DNA of 64,000 bases from positions 1-64,000 of the forward strand of contig CBFFRP010000404.1 of the NCBI GenBank assembly GCA_965644295.1. Reading direction: 5' to 3'. Source of the DNA: Paraphysomonas bandaiensis. Lineage: Eukaryota > Protista > Chrysophyceae. The first letter of the stretch is position 1, and every line of letters starts with the position of its first letter. The translations under genes and the position numbers were made by a program. The notes below the pieces were generated by a model. That model ran no database searches. It was given only the letters and a program-made list of their open reading frames with translations, and was not told the origin of the DNA. Below are positions 48,701 through 59,706 of this stretch, one piece after another.

Positions 48701-51700
48701 GGCCCTAATTTATCCTTGGAGCGTTTCTCCATTGGACCTTCAATGATATCTTGAACAGCTGATGATGTAGTTGCTGCTGAAAAGTTTACAACTAACTGGG
48801 AAAACGTATCGGGCAGATCTTTGAGCATCGACTGGGCCAATATAGTTTTTCCGGTTCCAGTGTTTCCAATCAATAACACATTCACCTTAGATTTCATGAA
48901 AGTATCAGTCACATATGAATTTCGAGTGGTATCAACAGTAGGAACAACCATATCGTGAAATGTCATAGTTTTTTGTGGACGCCATACTGGGACCCTATTG
49001 TCCCAAGGAATGAAGTCATTCTTTGCGACATCGATGTAGAAATCGTAAGCAGTATTCGTTGCTGGAGCGATAGCATCGATATCAGTTAAGCACGCGTTAA
49101 ATTTTTTTCGGCTCCCATCATTTACAGTAGCCCCAATTGACCAAACTAATGCAAAGAGAAACATCTTTTCAGCTACACTTGCATAATCACCGCCCAAAGA
49201 ATCCTTCCTGAATGACGTCTCCACCTTGCACAACGAGTCGTACAAGGAGCACAGAGTGACGACAGCATTAAAATCAGATACTGGCACTGGCTGCTGGCAA
49301 CTCAACTCTCTAAACTTTAATACTTTGTCCACCCACTTCGTAAAAAAATTCTTGTGCAACTCCTTCGTCTCTTCATCCGACTCGAATGTACGATCTAACC
49401 AGCTATTTACATAACATTCCCAACCAAGCTCTGCAGCATCAATATAAACCATACCGGCACGAGATACTGTAGCAGGAGAAGCAACTCTGAGGTCTTGTGT
49501 TTCAAAAACAAGGCTCATTGAGGTTGTGAGAGGAATTCGATCGCCATTGATGAGAGTAAGAATTTTATTGTCGTCCATAACAGAATTCATACTCTCAATC
49601 CACATAGCATCGATAGGACCATCAAAAAGAACCCACTTTTCAGTTGGCTTCTCATCCTCAGAGCACTGCTTAAAGATGGTAGACAAAATACCGTCTTTCC
49701 ACTCAAACGTGGCAAGATCATAAGCACCATATAACTCATCCAACTCAACAGACTTAGGGCTAATGACAATAGGAGTGACCGATTGAAATCCCTCCGTACC
49801 GCGCTTACAAAGTGTTGACTGTGCTGCAGCTAATATCTTCCATGCAGTGGATTTACCACCCATCGGATCTCCAACGAGCATATTACAATGTCTTGTCAGT
49901 CTTGAATCGTAGAATTGAAATATTTTTTGCATTAAGAATTCATGCTTTTGTAACTTTGACTTTGATAACTCCGCTTCAACCGCTTCTTGGAGCACTCCAT
50001 ACTCAGAAATAGGGAGCTCCAGGCTTGGAAAGAGGTCTCCCAATAGAAGCCTGAAAAGCCTTTCGTCATCCTTAATAAACTTCGGTAAATTCATATCACG
50101 AAGCGCTCGCATTAAAATCGTCTCCTCACTAAGATTGGGGTCGTTGCGTTTTAATTGCCCAGCCATATTCAACACAGCTTTTAGGTTTCGAAGACCATAA
50201 TCGTAGTGATCTTGCTTTGATAACTGCTGAACCATAAGACTGTACAGCGTCACAGTTTTCTTGGCCATCACTCTAGCTTCATTAAATCCTTCTGATGCAA
50301 GCATGACTTCCGCAATCATGGTAAGGTCAGGGGCCATCATCGCCACTGGTCTCATTAGCGCTTTGAGATTATCAGGCAGCTCAGTTCTCCCAGCATACCC
50401 TGGATTCATTGTGATAAAAACTCCGCAATTTGGATTACATGGGATATTGGCGCCCATGAAAGAAAAGGAAGGCACTTTCGCAGACAATGCGTTTAATATG
50501 GACAAAATCTGCATCGCCACAACAGATATAACTTCGATTTTAATTCGATTGAACTCATCAAAGCATCCCCAGGAACCTGACTGTACAAGACCTGAAAATA
50601 TTCTTCCCACACTCTTGTAGTCCATACCATCAGAGCAGTTGATAACGACTACATATTTCGCAAGATTCTTTCCGAGATCTTTTACTGTCTCAGTCTTACC
50701 AGTTCCTGCCGGTCCCAACGGATTGCCACCTCTGTTCAGATACATGGCAGTTATCAGTGTCAACACGCATCTGTCTGTCAGTGGAGTGACCACTAGTCTG
50801 CCATTGTTGCCCTGGTACTCATAGCTGTATTCTAACACTGAGTTCGTCTGGCGTACCTCACAGGTGCCAAACTCACCGCTGTCCTTGTGAAATAGAAATC
50901 TTAATTGTGAGAGCCACTCGAAATCGGATACACTTGTACAGTTGGCTTTAACCATTCTCTCAATTACATCACGGTTATGAATTTCCATAGTGATAAGAGC
51001 AACCACTTTGTTTCGCTCAACTTTCGAGAGAGACCCACGAATAAGAGCTGTCATCTTATTTAGGTAAGACACCTGCTTTTTCTTCTGCTGACGTAGGGCC
51101 CCCTTCGACCCACTTGATATCGCAACCAAGGCCTTAGTACAATCAGCGGTCCACATGATAGACCCTGTGGTAATCAGAAGTTGACCAATGGTATCGCGTA
51201 CCCACTTTTCTTTTTTCCCTTTGTAACCAACAACAGCAATACTCAATAGTTTGGAAATTGCGCGTCTCATAGCTTTCTCAACCTGCACAAGCCACAATTC
51301 CACAGCTCCGTCTATAACAACATTATCAGCGAATGGAGCAGATTCTCCATCAGGAGAATGCATCATACTGGCTTCGTACACTTTACTTGCTGCACTTGGA
51401 GGAATCATTTTTAGGCCCTTTATACCTTCGAAGCACTTCTTAATATGTTTTTGAACTGCCATAGGGTCACGACTCTGACCAAGAATCTCCAATAAGTCAT
51501 CATCAGATACGAAATAAAATCTTGGGAAAACCATTCGCTTCGTTTCGAGATATTGGTCTAAACTCTTTTGGATCTTTTCCAAACCTTCGTCCATAGAGTT
51601 AATCGCTGCTAGCAAGCCAGGTTGAAGACAGCTTCTTTGAGCGTTTGGATCATTATGAAAAATCGTCATTACCCTAACAAACTCGTTGTTGACGCCAACA

Positions 51701-54700
51701 AAGAGAGAATGCTCCTCTGGTAGCTGCTTTGCGATATCCCCGCCAGACATAAATATTGACTCCAAGTATATCCACTTTCTCTGCACAGCCAGTAGACTTT
51801 CAACAACTTCTGATATGGTGCTGAGGGTTTTCTCCCACTGATCTATACGTGAGGAAAACGACCCATAGAACTTTGAAGCTTTAATAGTCGATAATGCGAC
51901 TGAGTCGTCTTCGAGAAACTGAGTGATGTCATCAGTCGATTTCAACTTAAAGTACTTGTCTTTGTATGCACCAATCTCTAGTATGATATCGGCCCATCGA
52001 GTCTCCAGGTCATTCAATGCAACTTCGATGGCTAATTCCTTGTTAGCATTGGCTGAAAGTTCACCAATAAATTCTGCATGAGCATTGAGGCCCAACTTTA
52101 CCACTTCACTCAATGTAAAAGTCGGGCTAGAGGGATCAAACTCTATACCAACTCTTTCTTGAAGCGCAACCCAATGGCGTGGTCTCATAGCCTTGCTTCG
52201 CAAATCCTGAATCAGAGGAATAGTTTCCCTGAATTTATCCAATTCAGACTTCATATGTTCCCAAATTTTCCAACGCTTTATTTCCCTTCCTAACTTACCC
52301 ACGCGTTTCAGGTATCCTCCCAGAACAGTTTCCAGCTCTTCAACGTTGAGCTCACCAAACTGACCATTTTTCCATCCATCCCAGCTCTTCGTCCATTCAA
52401 TATTGATATTCCAAATTTGACTTAATAGATCCAAATCTTTCTCAGTAGCTTCTAAATCCTTGAATTCGGGTCTCTTGATACCAAATATGGATAATCCTTC
52501 CGACAGAGCCTGCTCTCTATCGCGAGCTTTCTCAATACGTGCTTTGTATGCTTCAATTTGTGCTAATGCATCCTCTGCTTTCCTTTCACTACTGAAAGGA
52601 AGTTCCACCTGAGCAGTTGATCTCATTTCTGAAATCTGTGAAGTGTAATTATCCATTTGCGACTCCAAGTCACGCTTCATGGTAACTTTGCTCTTATCTA
52701 ATAGCTTTTCAGCATCCGATAGCATACGAATATAGTTGTCAAACGCGTCATCTAAAGTGTTTAACATAGCCATCTCGTCTTCTGATATAGGTACGTCAAA
52801 TTTGTTGAGAGTGTTGAATACTTCTCGCACTGGTTCGAAGCGAGCCTTAGTCTGTGGGAGTTGATCTTTGAGCTCTTTACACATAGCCAGCTTCGCACTG
52901 AGTTCACCCAAAGATGTAGGTGCCGTCGTAAGGTTATCAGAGCTGCGCTGGAACATATTAAATATTTCTTTTAATTCCGCTGCACCTGTTTGATTTAACA
53001 AACCAGACAGTTTATTCTGACACTGTAAGCAGTGGCCAACTAGAGAGTCCTTCAGAGTAGTGCAGTCTACCCGGACAAAATTTATAGTATGACTTATGGC
53101 CTCTCCTTGAATTTCAGTTTGCTGGTTTCGATACCTGTAATAACGCCATCAATATAACCAACTCACATTACGTTTCGCTATCATACCTCGATATATCCGC
53201 GTCAAACTGTACTGGCCCACGATTAGCTTTGGCATATTTGCGAATGAATGTATCTTTATCCATTTCCCACAAACCTTTGTACTTGTCCCAGTACGATAGA
53301 TATTTCTGAAGCTCTGTCGCGGTAGACGACATCCCGTTCATTACTTGCACAACAACACGAAGAATATCGTTGTCGTCACTTATGACATCAGAGTATGAAG
53401 GCACTTGTGCGGTGCTTGCAGCTACGGGCTCGTCTTCCAATTTTTCTTCAGCGGGAAGTGTAAATACTTGTGTTTTCATTCTTGGGACACATTGAGTGAT
53501 ACTAATAATATCTTTGGCAACAATATTTACACTGTGGGTAAGATTCACAATAGAAGGCTTGTAAGTGACTGCTGCCCGATTGGGATCAAGTATCACTCGA
53601 ATTGTGAAAAGCGTGTGCGGATCTGTCTTAGAATCACCATTGATTGCCTTCGAGAGTTCCTGCAAAGACCGCTTTACAGCGTGCTTCAGGCCTTGCTCCA
53701 GGGCCTTGTCAACCTGCGATATTTGCGATTTCCATTCGCGCTGAACTTCTGGAGAACCATCTCGGAAATTCACGTATATACTCCTCAAAGTATTTAGCAT
53801 CTTTTGAAACCCCGTTTCGAACTGTTCAATTACAGAGGCACGGTGAGCCTCCTGACGAGCTTCAAAAACGCTCTCTTCATATACAACATTTTTATCTACT
53901 TTCAGAAGTAGTGTGGTACTAATCTGCCTACAAATGCGAGCAGTTAAGTTCTTTCCTTCCTTGAACTCCCGCACGACTGCATGGACCTCCTGACAGTGAT
54001 TGCAACAATCCCGCACATAGATGTCAATCATATTCTTGGACTGCCAAGTCAGTTTAGTAAGTCCTTGATTAATGCGTCTGTCAAGGCGCCGAATATGATC
54101 GACAAAGAGACGTCTTTCCTCGCTAGTAACATTGCGAATGATGTCATTGTACGATCGAACAAGGAGCATCACGTGTTCGCGCATCACCCGGAGCTGCTCC
54201 TTCATATTGCATATGTCGTGCGCAACGTATGGAATGGTAAATCCACCACCATGAAACTTTTCCCAGTAATTGACCTCTGAGAATAGCGCTAGTAGCTCTT
54301 CATCGAAATTACACAAAATCTCTGTACTTCCCTTCTGCTGACCATCGTGGTTGACACGTCGAAGAAGTGGTTTATCGAGTCGCAAATGAAGTCCATTATC
54401 TTTCGCCTTTTCGTTCAGCTGCTCAATCCAGCACTTATACCTAAAACAACATAAACACAAAAGCATGATGCACTCTTTCGAAATACCTTGCTGATTTGAA
54501 ATCAGAGATAACCGACATGAGGGCAAGGTGGGCATCCTTCGCCTCTTCCGAATCTCGGCTTGAGAGAATGTGGTCAAGCCGCATTATCATCTCGAAGTTC
54601 TCCTTCACATTCGCTGCAAGGCCATGTGCCCACAGGGCAGAGCCGGCGTATTGAGGCTCGTGTATACGCAGGGGAGGCGTCAAGCGCTGCTGTTCAAACT

Positions 54701-56402
54701 CTGTCCGCGCTGCTGCGACCTGTTTCATGAAAAGATGATGCATATCACTTGCTTTTCGTTCTATGCAGCGGTGAATCGCATCTCTCTTCGCAAGCTGGTA
54801 AAAGGTTTCTGTAAGCAGCACACCCTCGGTGACAGTCGAAATATTCTCAAAGGCAGAGTTGATAACGTTCGTGAACATGACCTCTAAGTCTTTGACAGCA
54901 TTTTTGAAGAGGTTGTAATCGTCGTGCCACTTGCTGACACGTACATCCAGGGCGTTGTAGTCAAGGTTGCGAAGACGATCAACCTGTTGCTCGAAAGAGT
55001 GTTGGATACCGACCAAGCCATCCACAATCTCTTGTGCTTTAGTTCCACCAAACTGAGGCAGAGGGCCAGGTTGCCCCCCAGTGGCTGATGATTTGCGAAC
55101 GAACTGAATTTGACTTTCGCACACCTCAATAAGATCTCTGCAGCGCTGCACAAACGCATCAATCTGAGCAAAAATACTAGCGTCATCAATATCCCAAACT
55201 CTGCCATATCTATTCTTTTGTCGCTCGATAGCCGCCACTGTGCGATGATATATGGACTTCCACTCCATTCCACAGTGGATGCTGTCTTGTAAACGTTGTA
55301 TACAAAACTCCACATCTCCATTTAGAACCTCACTGATAGATACATGTTGTCTGAATCGGCGAATTATTTCATTGCTAACCTTTCTTAATATGCCACAGAC
55401 CCTGTCTTCTGTGTTATAAAATTGTGAGAAGGACCAGATGAGTCGGATGCGATGTAAAAGGTCCGGAAGAACATTGACCACTTCCTCGGCTGGTGTCTCG
55501 CGCAAAGCAGTGCATTGCTCACGAATACTTTCCAAATACTTCAGGTTATCGTTTGCTTCCGCTGCCCTGGTAACAATCTGGTTTGTGAGCATGTCAAACG
55601 GCTCAATGTAATTGGACTTGGCGTACTGAAGTACTTCGATTATTCTTCGTACAGAGCTGCTAAGCAACTGCTCCTGAATTCCAAGAAGATCTTGTGTACG
55701 ACCATTCCAAAATTCTATTTCATCCAGAGGACCACTACTCTCAGCTGAAGCAGAGTTGTCGTGATTGTTGACAACATCTTTTATTTGCCTCGTCCAGTGA
55801 ATAACAACAGACTCCATTATTTGGACAAGGTCCTTATTTAATGCTGCTTCGCTAATATTTTGAAAGTCAAACTTCGGGCAGTATAAAATCGTTTTCTTAT
55901 CAGAAAAGTGAACAGTGTCAGTAAGAGTCGCCATACATTTGTGAAAGTGACCAGTGAGTTCGTTTCGGGCACCGTCCGTCAATGCTTGATTTTGTGACAC
56001 TTGTTTTTCTACGAGTCCTTTCATCATTCTCTCCAATGAAGTCATAGACAAACCACCAACTGACCCAAACTGTATTTCTTGGGATATATTAGACATCGTC
56101 AACATTGGAATATTTGGACGCAAAAAATATGCTTGAAGACCCGTAAGTTCGACCTGTACACCTGAATCATCCACAGTAAACACGACATCATCATCATCAC
56201 GACGAACAACTGATAAAGTTTTTGGTCCTTCACCAGATATAAAATTAATTATAGCAGCATTTCCATCTTCTGATTTCGCAATATCGCCATATCCGAATAG
56301 TTCTAATCTCTTTCCCACCCATGCAACAAAGTTATCATAGTTAGTGGTGTCAGCTGTGTCGTTATTCGTATTCCCGTTCTCTACATCCGCTCCTTCTGCC
56401 AT
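42796..56402 (-). CDS. DNAH2: Axonemal dynein heavy chain, inner-arm I1/f beta type (DNAH2/DHC10-like), about 4502 aa
   Basis: DHC_N1 ESVVIHWTRQIK..GPLDEIEFW; P-loops GPAGTGKT, GDPMGGKS, GNTGTGKT and GVGGSGRS; CFDEFNRI; C-terminal RTGTRERPSFV..FWTKRGVALL. Introns 54441-54486 and 53135-53186 join the three ORFs in frame. Subtype assigned by recognition. Confidence 0.93.
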
Positions 56403-57720
56403 GGTAACAACAAATGCTGTTCTTCCTGACTAGAAATGAGGGATATTGAAGGGGTTAATTATATATTGGTGTGTAGAGAGATGGTTTTGAATGGAATGCC
56501 TTGCTGGTCTCACTATACACACACACACACACAGGTGGATCTGCTCTACAGTGTATCTCATACAGTACAGTCAAGTCCCACATGCTGCATAGAGTAGCAC
56601 GAGAGGTTAGCTATACGGATATACGTACACTACAATCACACACACCTGCTACTGTAACTGGCGAAGTATTTTTGATGAAACTGCCCGGAGGGGTACACAG
56701 CAACTCGACTACCCATACACTCTCGAGTGCTACTGTATTATGTTGTATACTGCTAATACATACACAGCAGTGCAGTATCCAGCTATAGATATCTAGATAT
56801 GGATGCGGATAGACATGCATAGTTATCACTGTAATATGGAGGCAGAGAGATAGGAGGGACAGACCAGTATTGTGATCAAGAAACACTATCATCCAGATGG
56901 GACGGACCATCCATGCCCCTGCTACAGCACTACCCTTCAATATTACTCTCAAGTGATGTCTTTCATCATCAATAAAACTCAGCCGGATTCAGTCGTATGT
57001 TCATATATACATGCGGCATCCCCCGCTAAGGGGATAGATAGATAGGGCTAAGGTGTATGCTTGAGGAGCTCATAGGGAGTAAAGACATACAGCACCGTCA
57101 TAATTCAAACGAATGCTATGTGTTCTAAGCGATATGGAGCTACAGGGCCGGTAACATGGTACGCCTTCTAACTGATGCGCTTTCTCCCTTCGTCAGACAT
57201 TGTTCCCTCATGAATAGCCAGATAGTAATGAGGCCTTGATACCCACCATAGGGCAACTCTTAAATGATTGTGATGAAATTTTCCGCATGTCCGTTTAAAT
57301 GCCCTTCACACTTGTATCAAGCTGCTGCATTCTGTATTAAATTGATATGTTCTTAAATATACTGCAATAGAAAACGAAAGTTCTACAAGAAGTACGTTGT
57401 TTTAATAATATTTGCAATGAATAAGCATGAATGAGTTAAATTTTGTTCGATAGATGGACTTCTCAAATTATTACACAATATTGTTTCATATACTATATAC
57501 AATATACAGTATACCACAAGAGTGCATCGACTTCAGTGATTATACATTTGAATAGTATATGAGTACTATGATATAAACATTTCAACAAAATCAAAGTACA
57601 CGCATCATAAAATAAATCATAGATAGATATTTTGAACATCTATTTCATATGCCCATTTGTGTTATTTCCAACGGATATAAAACCTTGTTGATCTTGTTGT
57701 CAATCAAAACAGTATTAGTT

Positions 57721-58723
57721 GTAAATGTCTTATTATTACCATTAGGCGTTTAGGAGTCATTACTTAACTCTAATATCCTATTAGTTAACGCTACGAAAGC
57801 TGCTTGTGCGTCACCAAGGTGCAACCACTTTCTCTCTATCACTCAAAGCAAACGGCGTGAGCAAGCAGAATGTTGATATACCTGACATCTGCTCACTTCA
57901 GGATTTCTGAGTCTTTGAGGTGAACAGCCCGAATGCTTCACTTCAGCAGGCAGCCCAATACCCTGGATGCCCTTGAGGTGGACCCATTCCCGGATGTATG
58001 TTTATTCGTCAAGGCCCAAAGACGCCTACACAAGTGACACTTATTTTAGTGTCCCTTGTACCACATAAGCATTTGGCTATGAGAGGGCAGAACAATATCT
58101 GCTGACAATATATGCGACTCACGTTAGTTTCCTGTTTCTCCGGTACTTATCCCCCAGAACACTACGTATTATATTGAAAGTCTTTTATTTAGCAATAGGC
58201 GTTAAAAACCTGCACCGATTTAGTAGCTAGATGAATGCTAGACAAACTAGTGAGACCTCTACCTGTAACTAATCAGTACAAACTCTATTATCCTACTATT
58301 TAACGCTACGAAAGCTGCTTGTGCGTCGCCGCAAGCACCAAGGTGCAACCACTTCCGTTCTGAGTTCTTAAGGTGAACATCCCGGATGCTTGACTTCAGC
58401 AGGCAGCCCAATACCCCGGTTACCCTTCAGGTGGGCCCTGTCCCGGATGCCCTTGAGGTGGGCCCATTTCCGGATGCCTGTTTATTCGTCAGGGCCCAAA
58501 GACGTCTACACAAGTGACACACTTATTGGTGTCCCTTGTACCACACAAGCATTCGGCTATGAGTGGGCAGAACAACATCTGCTGACTATGTTTGCGGCTC
58601 ACGTTAGTTTCCCAGAGAGAATCTCTCCGGTACTTATCCCCCAGAACACCACGAAAAGGTGCGAGTCCGACTTTGTTGAGGGAGAACACTACGAAAAGGT
58701 GCGAGTCCGACTTTGTTGAGAGG
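57721..58723 (-). mobile_element. Two nested copies of the non-LTR-type unit (copy B 58167-58682 inserted in copy A)
   Basis: 11-bp direct repeat AGAACACTACG at 58156-58166 and 58683-58693. Removing B restores a contiguous copy A. B has internal ~27-bp tandem repeats at about 58414-58478. Confidence 0.88.
58595..58682 (-). ncRNA. Candidate HDV-like self-cleaving ribozyme fold at element 5' end
   Basis: Minus strand: P2 CGG(A)CUCGC, P3 ACC, L3 UUUUCGU, P3' GGU, P1' GUUCUGG, GG, P4 CCGGAGAG-AUU-CUCUCUGG, J4/2 CUAAC, P2' GUGAGCCG. P1 and P1.1 are imperfect. Confidence 0.55.
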
Positions 58724-59706
58724 TAGTATATAGTATATAGTGTGTTGTGAACAATCGCAGTATACCATATACCATGCTGAGTTCTGGCTATTAATGAACA
58801 ATTGAAAGCTATTTTCTAATTTTTTTAAATTAAAACAGTTGAACAAAAAATACAGCAGCTGTAGAAAGTTTTACATTAATTGATGAAGTGCTGTGAACTA
58901 TGTTCTATGTTTCACAAAATGAAATATATTGATTATATGGGATCGCGTCTAAAAAAGATCGTAAATATGTGGATTGGTAGTGATGAAGACTGAAGACTAT
59001 CAATGCAGTACATAACAATGAATAAAGAGAAGTGATATTTACAATTTTAACTAATTGAGAGTGTGCTGTGTTCAAATTTAGCCACTTACTTTTAAGGTTG
59101 AAGTCGTTCAATAAAACACCCATATTACAGCCAGGAAGATATATAGCCTTATATTAACCAGGTAGAGAACATACAATCACACTACGACAGCTCACCAACT
59201 TGAAAAAGCTTTCAATATTAATAGACTTGGCGTCGGCATATCATACGGAAAATATTCATTTTAATCTTGGAATATATTTAACTGCCTCTAGGTCAAAATA
59301 TAAAAACTCGGGCTTACGCAACGCCTGTACGAGTGGCTGTTCGCCCTCGTTTCGAATTGACCGCGGGACAAAATAGCCTCCTTATGACCCGTGGTGAAAT
59401 ATAACTATATCTACTACAACTGGTCGTACTCGATTCTAGAGGGGGCAATGAATAGAATACAAACACTAAACAGTGGTTTCATGCACTACCGTACCGACCA
59501 ATATCAACTTTTAAAGCTAGTAAACCAAATTCAGATAAGTAAGAAGCAGCTCTATTCCACGGACAAACCAGACAATCCAATGTGCACAAATTATGATCAT
59601 CTGTCACATTGATAGCTCCCCCATTCAATGAAAGAGAAACAGATGCAATGACACAAGCCTGGTCAGCTACAGCAGGTATTAGTTAACGAATAGCAATCAT
59701 ATATAT

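Noticed and set aside
42796-56402. Three separate dynein ORFs as frameshift or pseudogene; antisense ORFs in large genes
   Set aside because: Two canonical introns restore one frame; the antisense ORFs are shadows of the coding strand.
58390-58719. ORFs inside the repeat copies
   Set aside because: Frames are not preserved between copies.
58643-58720. Apparent 40-bp tandem duplication or CRISPR-like repeat
   Set aside because: Explained by a nested insertion with TSD; no spacers or cas genes, and the context is eukaryotic.
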